A DNA stretch of 64,000 bases from Paragordius varius (Eukaryota > Animalia > Nematomorpha), in assembly GCA_964247055.1 (NCBI GenBank), contig OZ176052.1:3534001-3598000 (forward strand), in the 5' to 3' direction. Positions within the stretch are counted from its first letter, which is position 1; every line of letters starts with the position of its first letter. The notes under the pieces were generated by a model. It made no database searches. It saw only the letters and a program-made list of their open reading frames with translations, and was not told where the DNA came from. Of this stretch, positions 38,207 to 54,000 are shown in pieces. A program made the translations under genes and the position numbers.

Positions 38207-41200
38207 ATTACTGCGCATACAAAATATATAAATATTGTAGGTATACACATATATGGGAATATACATTTAACATTTATCAACAGAGATATCGAATAGGGGT
38301 CTCCAACATGCGGTCCGCATGGGGCCGTCCGAAATATTTTTGCAGACCGCGAGAAATTTTAAGAAATACCAAAATTAAAAATAATGCCATTTACAAAATT
38401 TAGTAAAATTGTTATCTATTAAACAAATTTTAATCTGAATACTTTACACATTTAATGAACCGCCAAAAATTGGTTAAATTAATTGATTACTATGTTCATA
38501 ACTTCTTTAATAAGGTTAGAAATCTAATTAAATATTTAATGCCCATATTTATTTAGAATACCGCTCGCCGATTTTTTTGAGTTAAAAATGCGGCTCGCAA
38601 AGCCATTTGTGTGGACACCCTTGATACATATAGATATCATACAAACAACACCTTTGTTAAAAATTAAAATTATATCATTTTTAATCATTTCACTTAGATT
38701 ATTTCTTCAATCTAGAAAAAATTCTTTTTGACATTAAAATTGGCCAATCTCCTAAAGACGCCTACCTGAATACTAACTCATGCTTTATCTATAAACAATC
38801 ATTCCGAAAGCAAAACAATACGCTTTACACTGAATATGTTTGTGATCCAATCGATTACGTCCGTTTTATATTTATGAAAAACAACTTAAATTTGTTTAAA
38901 CCTACATGCTTAGAAACAACTTGTTTTTCCATATTTATGGCTGATGTGAAGTTAAAGAAAATAGGTTTATAAAATTGCCTAAATTATTAGAATCCATAAA
39001 TACCAGCAATACTATCCACCTAATCAATATGGATAATAATGAAATTATAAATGAAAAATATAAGGATCCCGTACACACCTTATGCATGTAGTATAATAAT
39101 AAAAATAATAATATTTGCATTATTTATATTTAATTTTATTAATAATTTTTTTTAGCTTAAGTGGTGTTTTTACTTAATTTTCAACTTTAATAATATATTA
39201 TGATACAAAATAAAAATTTGGTCGTCTACTTAAAAACCGCTTTTAAACAAATGGTAAATACAACATTGAATGCAAACAGATTAATCTCAGCTTTACTCTT
39301 AATTATATTCACAATAGTGGATGATAATATAGGATTTTATATATCAGGGGCGTCTAACATGCAAGTCTCCGACACTTTACAAAAAAGTTGGACATTTGCA
39401 AAAAAAAAAGTTGTTATATTGTGTTTGCATTTCACCATGTTATGTTTGAAATCTAATACATTATTATTAATGAATGACAATATATATTTGAAATCGGCCC
39501 GTTAAGTTTTTTTGGGACAAAAATGGAGCCCTCTAAGCCTTTTGAGTCGGACACCCTTTATATATATATATATATATATATATATCTACATTAAATAGAA
39601 AAAGCATGGAATCAACCACACCCATTTTAATAGTAAATTTGGTCTCCGAATATGCCGTACATTACGTCCAATTACTCCAAGAGGATTTTGGTAATTCATT
39701 TAGTAAGTAGGAAAAAATTATAAAATTCAAAGTTTTAGGTAGCGGGCAGGGCGACGGGCTTATTATAACGAAACTACGCAATTTTACCATTATAAGGTCA
39801 GCCCTGGTTAGGGAGGCGAGTGTTATACCTTTCATGTGCTATAACTTAAGTCCTGACTTTCGAAAGAAACTTCATGCTATTAATTTATATATTAATTAAC
39901 TTTTTGGATGTATTAGTTTATTATAATTTTAAATGTTATGTTTTTAATATTTTATAGCGTAAATCAAAGCGTGTGCATGTTAAAATGGCGATCAGGATTC
40001 TAAATTAATATCTAAAAATAAATAAAGCGAGCCAATATCCATATTGTTATATTTTTTATGATATATAAGCTAATTTTGCAATTTGGCCACTAAAAGCAAA
40101 TAATAAAAATGTAATGAGGTTTATTAGTGAAAATCACATCTTTTTTAAAAAATTTGTACCATAGTAATTTTATTAGATCAAGAACTTATAATTGGAGTTG
40201 GATCAGATTTTACAGTCAAAGAGCATAAAATATGTGAAGTTTTATCTCCACATTTGCGATTAAATAAACGCTTTCATCGTTTTGGAAGACAGATATGGTG
40301 TCATTCAGGTAAACCCACCGATCTTAATTATTGATGTATTCCTACTATATTTTTTATATAACTTTTATTACATCTGTGCATATTATAACATTTAACTATG
40401 GTCTTATAGCTTTTAGCAAGAATAGATATTAGTTCCTACCTTTTCTGTATAAGAGACAATCTTTTGAACACACAAACTGATTACATATACAATAAAAACT
40501 AAAATTTTACGGACAAAACGTAAAAATATAAAGACAAATAATTTTTAAAAAAGACAACCAAACTTTTTTAAATCTTAATTTTTCCGACATAAGCTATTTA
40601 ACACTTGGATACATTCATTTCATTCTTTCGATTCAAATTGGGTAGTTGGTTACCCCAGGCCAGTTAAAAATTAAATTATTCAAAAGATATGGAGTGTGAA
40701 ACCATGGCAAAATTTTGCACATTTATAACATTTATGAATCGAAAGCAAAATTTTAAGGTAAAAATTTAGTCAGCATAACATGGCATTAGCTAGTAAAAAT
40801 AATACAAAATAACTTTTTGTGTTTCTATCAATGTTAGATGTGATTTAAATGAATAATTAGCTTTCATTTTAGCTTTAAAATCAAACAAGCATCATATTTT
40901 GCAAAAATGTCGTAAAATAAAAATGGCATCGAAGTAATTTGATATGGTACTTTTTTTTCAAAACCAAATTTTATTTAGATATTTCGTATTTATAATATTT
41001 TGATTAGGATAGAAGCGTAAATTAAATTGGGACCGTTTCTTTCAGTAGTTTTTTAAAAATTTCAACTTAAATATATTCTAGAGTATTTTATACCCCAATT
41101 TGAATCGAAGTGTTAATTACATTTGTAATATATAAAATTAATTTTTCAATAATATAATTCTCTAAGTCACACTTTACCATTTCAAACAATGAGTTATATT

Positions 41201-44200
41201 AAAAAATATCGTTGTCTTTTGGGAAAAAATATTTATATTATTACGTTTTGTCGTATAATATCAATTTTTAGTGTATATAATTTATATTTACTAAGGTCGT
41301 GTTTGACCGGTCGCGCTTATGAAATGGCCAAAACTGTAACCACCTATAAAAATAAGCATTAAAAAGCTTGATAATTAATCCCGTCCTATCAAGTAATAGT
41401 CCAAAATTTTATGCAAAATATCTAAAATTATAAAATCACCAATCTGTTAATGAATATATTTTCTGTTAGAGGTAAATGGATTTTATTATAGTTTGTTTTA
41501 TAATTATATTACTCTCCACTTTCATTTTTTGTGACTTGGGTTGGATCGTAAATGAAGGCATAAGAACGGTCGAGCGGTTATTCCCTTTGATGAGTAGAAA
41601 AGCAACTCCAGCTACTGACTAATTTTGCTTACCTTTTCTTTAGGTTTAATATCTGAACCAATAATTGGTCAGTATGTTAGTATCCGAAATGAATTAACAA
41701 ACCATTATTTAACTTATTATGGATTTTCAATTTGTCATCTCCAAGTTTTTGGAATTCCTACAGCTACGTCCACAATTCTCACCCAAAGGGATGTAATTAA
41801 AGTTGAGAAATATTTGATGAGTCACCCAAGGATGTATGGATTTGATGCAAATGGTGTCCGTTGGTGTTTGGGGAAAGCGTCAGATGACGTTTTTATTGTG
41901 AATTTAGCAATGGTTCACATCATAAAAAAGGTATACTAATATACACGGTTTATTTTTTAATTTGTATATTTTCCTCTAATTTTAACTTTCAAAAATGTAT
42001 TGATATCAAAATATAATTTATTTTATAATTTTTGAATATTATTACAACATACTAAAATACAGATTCGGTTTCAATTACTCATGAACGCACAAGTGAATGA
42101 TTATGAAACAATCCATTTTTATTTATCAGGTTTAAATATATATTGTTTTTACTCTAAAACACAGTTTTTATATTTAAATTACTAAATATTTTTTTTGTTT
42201 ACAATCCAATAGATAAACTCCTAATCCAAACTTATATTAGTAAAGATGCTTTCTCCAAATCCTACACTTGTGATATTCTTGATTTGAGTGATTTACATGG
42301 AAAAGTTTTTTACTCAACATATCCCTTACTTTCTATAACATGTAATGGTTTGAAACCCCATGCCAGATTTATAGTTTTTAAAATGATGAAAAATACAGAT
42401 TTTTTCATAAATCCACAGCCTCGAATATCTTTTTCCTTGTGTTTAACCGATGTGGAGATCATCGGTCAACTGCATCATGGTATTTTTGCTAATGATGAAA
42501 TTTAACTTTAAGAATAGAAATAAAAAATGCTTTTAATTTTTATTACAATTAAGACATAATTTTAAGGAAAATTTATCAATTTTGTCTTTTAATAGTAAAC
42601 TTGAAAAATGTTTCTTCAATAAATACTTTTGTTTGCATCCTTCTTTTCCAGGTTTCAAGGATTATATTTGGATTTTACCGCACAAACCCATGATAATCTT
42701 TATAAAACAGCAATCGAAAGATGGCGCTTTTTTTGATTCAGACCACCATGGTCAGGATTGGATAAAATTGAATTGTAATGCCCGAGGAAATCACGTGATA
42801 TATTGGGTTGATTCTCACGGCAAAATATTTGATTATTGGAATGAACCAATTGTATTTCCATTCCATACTAATAAATCTAATGATATTAACTTACGAACTA
42901 GACGGCATCACTATTACAATTTTTATCAATATGGTTTACGATATGATGGCACAACCAATGTAACTTTTAGTCAATTAAACATTTCCAAATTTTATTTGAG
43001 ATATAATCACATAAGTTCATTTGTATGTTGCATCTCCGCTGCAGATTGTTCAATGAGACAAAAAATTATTTTTACAGGTAAGGAGTTTTGAATAATTATC
43101 TTAATATTACTAGATCAATTGATAATTTATTTTGTTCTATGTTTTACACTATACAGAATATATATATCCTCACAATTTTGGATTTTCTGCGCATTTCAAT
43201 TCAGAAAATCAAAATTTAGTACTGAATGGTGAAATATTGGGCGGATTGGAGATAGAGGATATTACATTTTTAGTAAACGATAGGTAAAAGTATTTGTATT
43301 ATTATATATTAGAGACTTCCAATGTTTAAATGTTTATCAGATAGAATTCGCATTAAAAACATTTTGTTACACACAAATATCTATTGAACCCGAAAATGTC
43401 AGTAAATATAATATTACATTCAAATTTGTGGCATCTGATCAAAGCTTTACACTGACCAAATTTATAGTCAAAGGTAAATCTTAAATCCAAATTATCTGCA
43501 ACATTAATTATTTTGGGAAATGCTTAGATTTTATGTTAAAAACGAATTCAATGGTAATCAAACCGCCGTTTACGGGCCACATGCGGCCCTAAAAGTTTTT
43601 TTATGGCCCCGAATTATTTATTAAATTATTTGATATACTTATTTTGAGTATATATATCTGTCTTTCAAACATCCCTGAAATTTTAATCGGTATTTTATGG
43701 TGCTAGGCCCAAGATAAATATTTTTTGCGGCCCTTTAACTTTTTTTGGCAAGTATACTACTGATCTAAATGTTGCGTTAACTCTGACCCTAAATGTTAAT
43801 AAAAATGAAGAACTTCCATTTAATCTATTAAATTTATCATATAAAAATTTATAAATGTATCTAGATTATGAAACTATTACCATCTTTCCTCAACACCCGA
43901 GTAATATTTATCACACTCCACGCTTAAAAACGCGAATCTTAAAGTGTTCAATAAATCCAACCATACCATATTGGTATACCCTTTATTCAGTTTCCAAATA
44001 TGGAAAAATTTATCCTTTGAGTACAATAAAAGACACTAGCTTACGAATCGTTCTTGCCAATAAAATTGACGATGACGATTATATGTCTATAAAACGACCA
44101 CCAATTACACTTTATGATTTTGTTGCCCTACAAAATCAATATGCATACAAATATATTTGCAAAGTCTCAACACCTACAAAAAAGCTGGAAATTTCCTTCA

Positions 44201-47200
44201 CTTTAAATGGTTTTAAAACGACTCGTTATTATGTCAGAAGGCATATAATGAAATTACATTATAATAATAATAATAATAAAACTAAAAAAAATGTTCCTAA
44301 GAAATTAATAAAAAAGCGTCATAAAAGAGAAGAAACGGAAAGTAGCGTTGGAACAACAGAGAGTCTACCATCATCCGATCATGATACTGAATCCAATAAT
44401 TCCGACATTTCTAATCGAGAAATTATATATGCGCATACTGATACAAAGGTTTATAGTTTTTGTTTTACTATTTAAATCTAACAATATGCTGGTACGGATA
44501 ATGCATTTTTTAAATGGGTGTGAGCCGTTATCAAATTTAGTGGGTTATTTGGTATAAACAAAAAATAACATGAACTAACTGTCTGTTTTCAATTAATAAC
44601 ACCAGGCAACATTTGACTTTTAGGGCCATTATAAATTTAAATTTATTTCATTAAAGTACTAAAAAGTAAATTTGATAAAAAAATTGGTCAAACACCTAAG
44701 AGTTCCGGAATCGGAATTACAATGAATCTTGTCTGCCAGGGTGCGACTAAAAATCTACATGTAAACCAGGAGTGTCCCACATGTGGCTCTCAGAAATTCT
44801 TTGTGCGGTCCGCAAAAAATTGGAACTTCATAATTTGCAAAAATAGGATCAAAATCTTATTAAAATTAATAACATATAATTTCGTCTATTTAATTGGCCG
44901 CGAACTACATAATTGTTATATAGTTTGCAATTTGCAGCCTTATTGACAAAATATAATAGTTCATTATAATTGCCCATATATATCTCAAATACAGCCCACG
45001 TTTTTTCAGAAGTAAAAATGCGGTTATTTGTTGTAAAGACCCCTGATGACTAATATCATCCATAAAAACATTAAACTCTTTTTTTCTTTTTTTTCTTCTC
45101 ACATTGTTTTCCAATACATAGGTTATAATGGTTTGCACTAATTTAAATCATCGTATACAAGATGTTGCACTCAAGCTACAACACGCTGATAAAAAAATTC
45201 GATTTAATTGGTACAGAAAAAGTAAGATAAATCAAACACCAGAATTATATACTCATCAAGGGAACCGTCTAACTTTTTCTTCCGTAAAGACAAAGGATGC
45301 CGGAATTTATTTCTGTAAAATGAACTCGACAAACCTTGAACATCATGTAAAATTGCAAAAAAACAAAAATCACATCTTGAATGCTTATAACCTTAAAGTT
45401 TACCGTAAGTTATCACGGTTGAATTAATTGAATCATAAGATAATTTTTAAAAGGAACTAAAAATGGAGCTTTGTTGTCAATAAAAATTATAAATATTAAG
45501 TTATTAGATAAGAATATTTATAGAAAAAGGACTTGGAAAGTTAGAAATGATTACTAAATAAAAAAATATTTTTGATATGCATGTTACGCATTGTTAACTT
45601 GTAAAGATGAGGAGATAATATAAGAAATGTGAAATGAATTATTTATTTGGTTTTTTAGGGTTTATCTATACTAATTTTAGTTGTACATAATTTGCATTAT
45701 ATCAATAAAATTTCAAGTAACAAAGGATATAAAATTTACATAGTGCACAAAAAATATAGAAAATAATACAAGTCAAATAGCTGAAGGTTATGATATACAA
45801 CTAAGATATGTGTTTCAAATTTGTATGTAACACAGAAAATTATGATATTAAAAATAAAGTGTATCTTTCAGATTTGCATAACATCACTTCCCCCTTAAGA
45901 GAACCGGACCGGCTTCCGCCGAATTCTCTCGGGGTAACGACGCTCGTGCGGATTTGCATTGATATTGTCATTATTGCTATTAATGTTATCATTACTACTT
46001 TCATTATTATTATCATTTATTTTATCATTATTATTGTCATTACTATTGTTATTATTATCAATACTACTACCCATTATTATTGTTATTGTCTTTATTACTA
46101 TCATTACTATTGTTTGGAGTAACCGGTGCGGTTGAGTTGGCCGGTAGGTCTAAGTGTTTCAACTGATCTGCATGCTTTCTGACAATCTTCTGGTTTACCT
46201 GATCCCACACACTGTACGAAAGGAGACCCGTTCTATCAACAACATCGCCGGCTCGCCATCCAGGATTTTGTTCGTTTCTCATCATTATGGGTTGGTTTAA
46301 TGAGAACTCACGGCGTGGACGGGGTGCGTCTAAGATTGTTGCTTTTGAGTTGATCCAGGTGAGGGGTGTTTGAGATACTCGTTTAAAGAGTAGTTGAAAC
46401 GGGGTTTCTTTTGTAGTCGCATGTATTGAATTACGGTACGACCATAAAGTGGTATTGAAAGCTTCTTGTGGTGAAATATTATCATTTTTGATTTTTCTAT
46501 ACTTGCCCTTGAGGGTCCCCACTAACCTTTCTACCATCCCATTACTTTTAGGATGATAGGGGGTTACCCTCACGTGTTTAATACCCAGGTTTGTTAAAGT
46601 GGATGTGAAGTACGAATTACTAAAATAAGAAGCATTATCACTAATTACCGTCCTCGGAAACCCAAACCTGGCAAAGGTTTCCTCGAGTTTATGCAATATG
46701 TTTACCGAATTAACCCGTTTTAACATGAACCCTTCCGACCATTTTGATGAGCTATCAATCAACAACAACCAATAATACCCGTCAACTGGTCCCGCTATAT
46801 CGATGTGTAACCGCTCCCATATCGCAGCATTTGGATCCCATTGATAAGTCGGATTTTCACCTAGGCTTGGCTTGTTTACTTGACATGAACTGCATTCACT
46901 GTATTTTCTTACCAAATCGTTCTCTAATTTTGGCCAAAAACAGGTAAACCTTGCCATTGCTTTCATCGTTTCTACATTATTATGCCCGCTGTGTAAATAA
47001 TTGACTACATTTGCCTGTAAGCTTTCTGGGATGATAATTCGATCGTTTAAACTGAGCAATCCTATTGGTACGAAATCTCTCCCTTCCGGTTCGTAAACCC
47101 AGCCAACTCAACATCACTCCAATCTTGGTTATGAATCGCCTTAATTACTTTCTGCAAATTAACCGTCTCTCTCCGAATTTCATCGCGACTTAACTGAACG

Positions 47201-50200
47201 TTATGACAATTTAGGAACCTAAGATGTCTCGTTACCATGTAGTTTCTATCAATTGTGTCAACATTATCTTCACGGGACATCTTGACAAGTAATCGGCTCT
47301 ATTTTTCGGACCCGCTTAGTTCAAAATCATAATCATTCAGTCGGTTAACCCAACTTAAAACTTTCGCATTCTGAATTTCTTTCAAATTTTTATCCCTATT
47401 TATCAACCTAACCAGTGGTAAGTGGTCTGTCAAAATTTCAAACTTTCTACCATAAATGAAGTTGTGAAACTTTTCTAATGCAAAAACAATAGCCTTTAAT
47501 TCCTTTTCTATCGTGGTGTAGTTCAATTCTGCGGTACTACATTTTCTTGAACCATAGGCAATGGGCTTCCTTTCACCATTTACAACATGACTTAAAATAC
47601 ATCCAAACCCTATATCTGAGGCATCGGTCTCAATTACTAACTTTTTAAAAATACTTGTTCACTTAATAATTCCTCAGCGGCTTTCCAACAATTCTCATGT
47701 TTTTCCTACCAGTTCCATCTGACGTTCTTACTTGTTAAACTATGTAAATCACTTACAATCAATTGAAGCTTGGGTATAAAATGGAACGTTAAAAATCCTA
47801 GAAAACTTCTTAAAGATTTTTTATCCACAGTTTTTTTAAAATCATTGATTGCTTTTACTTTATTCTTGCAAGGACTTATACCTTTATTACTTATTTCAAA
47901 TCCCAGATAACTTACTGAAGGTTCACCAATTTTTATTTTATCTTTTCTTAATCTAAAACCTGCTAATTCTAACCGATTTAAAACATTATTAAGATTTATT
48001 AAATGTTCCTGTTCAGATTTGCCAGTTACTAAAACATCTAAAAATGCACAAGTGCCGGGACAATCTTTTATAACCTGGTCCATGACTCGTTAGAAAATTA
48101 TTGGTGCTGTTGACAGTCCGAAAGGCATCCTTTTGTAGCAAAAAAATTCTTTGTGAGTTGCAATTGTTAGGAGATGTTGTGATTCTTTGGTTGTGGGCAT
48201 TTGTAGATAGGCATCTTTCAAATCAAGTAAAAACTTGACCTTCGCCAATCCTACTCCCTAAATCATCAAACGTTGGAATGATATGAGAGCCTCAGTGAGC
48301 CACTTGTTGATCGTAACTATAAAATAGCTACAAATTCTTACCTCTCCATTCGCTTTGAGCACATTAACGGTGGGCGTGGCCCATGTCAGAGGTGTAAGGT
48401 TGGGATCTATAGGCTCCAGAATGTCTAACTTTTGTAATCATAATAATTCGTTTTCAACTTTTGCTCTTAGGGGAAACGGTACTCGGCGGCAAGGCCAAAC
48501 TTTGGGGGAGGCATTGGGTGCTATATGAATTGTAACTGGCTCAATGTAACAACCTAATTCCACTTTAAATAGATTAGGGAAATTTTCAATAATTTTATCA
48601 AGTTTAAGAAAGTTAATTCGTACTTTAGGAATGTCGATGTTGAATCTCGTGATCCAATCCAAGCCACAAATGAGCGGTGCCTTTGACATTTTTTCTTTCA
48701 ATACACAACATTCTGCGTTCCCCAAGTTTTGCCCATTGATTTGCACTGTGACTGTTGCTACGCCCAGTAGCGGTACTATACTATTATTGTAGGCTTTTAC
48801 TGGCGGTATGGGTCTAATATTTGGCTTGCCAACTTGTTTTTCCAGGTTTCAAAGATGATAACACTAATGTCAGCTCCAGTATCATAGATAAACGTTTGTT
48901 CTGTGTTGTTTATCATCATTTTTACGGTCCATGGTGAGGTTGGCATTGCTTTTCTATGGATCTGGCGGTTAAACAAATTTTTGGCAGTGTTTTTGATCTA
49001 CACATTTTTGCGAAGTGATGAGGTTTTCCGCATTTATTGCAATTGCGGTTCCAGGCAGGACGTTTGTTTGGTCCATGGCTATTACCACAACGATTGCACG
49101 AATGTGTTAGGGGTTTTGCTATTGGCTGTCGTGAACGCATGGCCTTGTTATTATTATTGGTGTGTTGTAATCGATTTAAATTATTACCATTGTTATAATT
49201 GGTATTACCATTATTGTTATGAATGCCAGCCCTGGCAGCCTCGTGTGCTAATGCGAGATCCACTATCGTTTCTAGAGGCACGGGTTGTCCGTTGATCTCG
49301 GCATCGGGATACCTTGAATGTATATCAATTTCCAATTGCGGTTGCCGTAAACCAATGACGAAAGCGAATCCGTTCCTCAATTGAATCATTGAATTTTGCC
49401 TCTTCGGCTGCGATCTTTACCCGTTCTAGAAATTGGGTAAACGATTCGGTGTTGTTCCGCACAAGTCGAAAAAACTCAAATCTGCTTTGGAATTTTGACT
49501 TTGTGGGATTGAATACCTTTAAACCCGTTGCCATTATCTCGGTCCATGTTGCATCTTTTATCTTATTCGGATAGAGTCGTTGGTTGATTTTGCGTACAAC
49601 CATTAGACCACTATAAGCAAGCATGGTTGTTTTGAGAGCTTGTTCTGTTACAGGGATATCTTTTGCCTCCATAACATTTGTCATATAATCAACGTATTCC
49701 TCAAACTTAATATTATCATTATATTTCTCGATGCATAGGTTAGCGAGATTGATTGGCGTTGTCATGTTCGATTGGATATCGGTAAGACCTCCACTAGCAC
49801 TAGATTAGTTCGGTACTCGTCTTGGCCACCAAATGTTAACTTGTAAAGATGAGGAAATAATATAAGAAATGTGAAATGAATTATTTATTTGGTTTTTTTA
49901 GGGTTTATCTATACTAATTTTAGTTGTACATAATTTGCATTATATCAATAAAATTTCAAGTAACAAAGGATATAATATTTACATAGTACACAAAAAATAT
50001 AGAAAATAATACAATTCAAATAGCTGAAGGTTATGATATACAACTAAGATATGTGTTTCGAATTTGTATGTAACACAGAAAATTATGATATTAAAAACAA
50101 AGTATATTTTTCAGATTTGCATAACACGCATGTTGACTCTTAAAGTTACTATAGTATCTTCTGGAAGTTTTTAAATAAAAGCGTGTAAAGTAATGAGCTC

Positions 50201-51044
50201 ATTTTGATCTTTATCCACAGTTTAATTTTTTTAATTAGGTCCTAGTTTAAAAACCCTTTATAGTTGGCTATAACCTTATATCAATTTATTTACTGAAAAA
50301 AAGAATTATGCAAAACCTATTTTTTTCTCACAATCGAATTCATATGAGATAAAGCATCTACTCTGCACATATTTTTTGTATATTAAATATAGAGATTCCA
50401 TTAATTACAATAAAAACGATTCCTGAATCAAATAGTACCAATCTTACCATAATTTGCGAAATTGAGAAGGGAGTAAGGATAGCTAAGGTAATTTTTTCTA
50501 AAAAAACATAAAATTAATTTTTTATATATTTAACATATTGTTGATGTGCTTTTAAAAATACGATATTAAAGACTTAAAAAGCCAAATACATTTTGATTTG
50601 AATCTTTTGAATGAGATGTCCTAATTATACTCATTAAATCTTCATTTTTTATATAAGATCATAAAAAAATTTAATAAGACAAAAAATTTAAACATTGGAT
50701 TTAAAAATATTTTGATTTTTTTTGAGGTACCTATCTTTATTTCATTACCAATTCGTTTAACGGTGATCGTTATATCTACATTTATGCGGCGGTATATATT
50801 CTCCTTTTTTGTTTTTATGGGATAAAACTTAAAGTTTATTTTTGGTGAACAGAAACCTTAAACAAGCGCAAGGTTACAGTCATATGAATAAATTATGCAG
50901 TTGGTGTCAATATATATTCGCTTATACAACCTATTGTCAATTATCAAAATGTTTTTAATAGCAGTTTATTATTAAATATTGGGTTTAATTTAAAAACTTT
51001 ATATACACAATGTCAAAAAAAACCTGATGATATATATATATATA

Positions 51045-51082
<38 letters not shown>

Positions 51083-54000
51083 TGATAGAAAAATGTATCA
51101 GGATTATCATGGTGCTTTTGGTTTTAGCCTTTAAGAGTAATTTAATAAAGTTTACACTTTTGTGGTGAGTGCTCCATATCAAAAAATGGCAAAATTTTTT
51201 GAATAAAATTTTTTAGTGAAAGCTAGAGGCTTAATTCCAATCTTAAATATATCATAAACTACATATGAAAAGCAACACAATATTTTTGGGCTTCAAAAGT
51301 CCCACATTTTTTTGTTCTTCTAATATGAGCTATTTTAATTAATGCTAAATTTTAATTTCAACTAAAATTTTTTTTAAAAGAGATGCATACTTTTCACAAT
51401 AATTTTTAGCTAATATTGTTGAACCGTGTGATTCATACTATATCGAACCATAATAAACGGTTTAGAAACGGTTAGTTTTATTAAAACACTTTTTTCATAT
51501 TATTTGATGATGCTGAACATTTTATCACCTAAAAATAATAATTTATAGTTTGTTTGCTTACAATTTCGGGTTATTTTTTGTAAAAAAAAATTATATTTAA
51601 AATATATTTAAACACGAACAAATATTTTAATCATTTGAGGTGGTAAAATTTTTACCATCATATTTATAGAAATTGTTTTTATTAATTTAAGCGTTTTTAA
51701 ACCGTTTCCATCATGACTCAAAATAGTATGAAGTACGCTTCAACGGAATTTTAAATTTAAAAAAATCATGCTATTTTTAAAAATATTTATAGTTGATATC
51801 AAAATTTAGCATTTATTTGAAATTTATATTGCGCAATCCCTGAATTGCTTTTGACTAGCTGATTTTATGAGAGTAAAAAAATGATACTTTCGGACACACT
51901 AAAAATTAAAATTTTTTAAAACATCGTTTCTTTTTTATATGTAGTTTATAATATATTTTATTGATATTTTTGGAATGAAGCTTGTAACTTTTATTAAAAT
52001 TATTTACATATTATGATTTTCTGATTTGGAGCACTTACCACAAACTGTGAATAATTTTCTTATATCAGTCGTAAGGGTTAAAATCAAAAGCACTATGATA
52101 ATCCTCATTTTTCTATCAGAATCTATATATTTTATCAGGATGTTTTACTTTTCGATTTTGGACGCAGTGTATATATAAAGAAAAATATATCCATCCGGGT
52201 TTGAGACTCATTAAAATTCAGGGTGAGTTTTACACTCTAATTTTAGTTCAAGATTTTGACTCGTCTTGGCAACGAAATTAATTAATCTATTAAACACCCT
52301 TAACAAGGACATAATGATAGTTTTTTTATTTTCGAATATTTGGCCTACTATCTTCAAATGTTACGTGTTTTTTTGGTGAAGCAAATAATCTCCTATTAAA
52401 TTATTTACATTATATCATCACGGAAGAGTTATTGGATAAATGGCAACAAAACTTTTGGTGAACTAACACAAAGAATTACAACTTCTTCTCCAACTCTCTC
52501 AGGTGATTGGATTTGTATTTGTGAATATTATCTCCCAATGCCCTCCTCAAATAAAACATTTCAAGCAAGTCGACATATTTTTATTGAACCAACAGGTGTT
52601 GCTATTATATATACCATTTACACTTCAAAGTCACCCTTGAATAAATATCAAAATTAACCCTAAAATAAATTGTGTTTTTTAAGTTAAAAAATTACTTATA
52701 TTTTTTTATATTTAAAAAAAGAAATTAGATTAAAATTAAAATAATACTCAAAAAATAATAAACTATGTCATAAAGATATATGTTTCATATTAATTGTGAG
52801 TTATATTAGCCCTAAAACACATAACTTATTTTTAGGGTGAATTTGATATGTTCGAGGGTGAATTTGAATTGTTCAAGGGTGAATGTGAATTGTAAATGGA
52901 TATTTCTTTTAAAATTAATCATTTTAACAAATTTTTAAGGAAACGATTTGTGGGAGTTACAGACACTATACAGACTCCACTATTGTTATATAAATATGGT
53001 AAAGGGAACAATATGTATCATGAAATGATTAAATATTGTTTTTTTGATAATTGAAGGCTAAATTTCACATAATAAAATGTGACCAAATTACTTTGTTTAC
53101 AAAAAGAGTCGAAGCAAATTTAATCATGCTGTCAATACTATAGAGCCAAAAATTAATTATAATAAGTATTAAAATAATAGGTAAAAGTTGGCCCGGACTT
53201 TGTTAGTTACCTTTAGGTCGAAGACTTAAGTTACTAGCAGGCCTTAAAAAGAAACTAATTTGTTGTTTCGATTCATACTAAAAAGGGTTTTAATTCACAA
53301 GTGCTTATCGCTTATAAAATCAACGTTCAATAAAATAGTCTGTTTAAATTGTTTTCATCATGTTAACAAAAATTTGCAAGTCTCAATTTAGTAGCTCCCG
53401 GCTTTAGTTTCAATTATTTTTGCAGGTCCAGTACTCCTTTTTTGGACCGGAGCTAGTAGTAAACGCTTAATCTATTCGAGATTGTTAAAAACCGTTCGCT
53501 TTTTCTGGTTCTGGTTCCATGCTCTAAATATTTAAATCGGTTTTGCAAATTACCAAGCCAAATGTTAAAAAGATGGTTTTTTACATATATGGATAAAAAA
53601 TTATACTGCTATACTCCTATTTGTTAAGATACTACTACAAAGAAAATCTTTGTCGCAAACAATGTAAAGTATGGGATAGAAGTCAAAAGCAGCATAGAGC
53701 TGATGTATCGAACAGAACTGAATCAAATTCAATGGATCAAAAATGATGAAGTAATTAGCACATCAAAAAGTTTAGTCATTGCAGAAGTCTCTGAGTTTCA
53801 TGCTGGAAATTATTCTATAAATGTGCAATCAAATGTTGTTAGAACTTTTACCATCATCGTTTTGTGTAAGGTTTTCTCTTTTCAATAAAATTCTTGGGCC
53901 AATTACAATATAATCTATTTATAGTAAATATTGGGAATTATACGGACAAAACGTAAAAATATAAAAGCAAATATTTTTTTCAAAAGACAACCATATGTTT

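Noticed and set aside
39720-39870. GC-richer intronic patch examined as a hammerhead ribozyme or SINE
   Set aside because: It has GAAAC but no CUGANGA core or compatible stems, and no clear Pol III A/B boxes.
41540-41620. TGATGA…CTGA as a C/D-box snoRNA
   Set aside because: The boxes are only ~25 nt apart, with no terminal stem and no recognisable rRNA guide.
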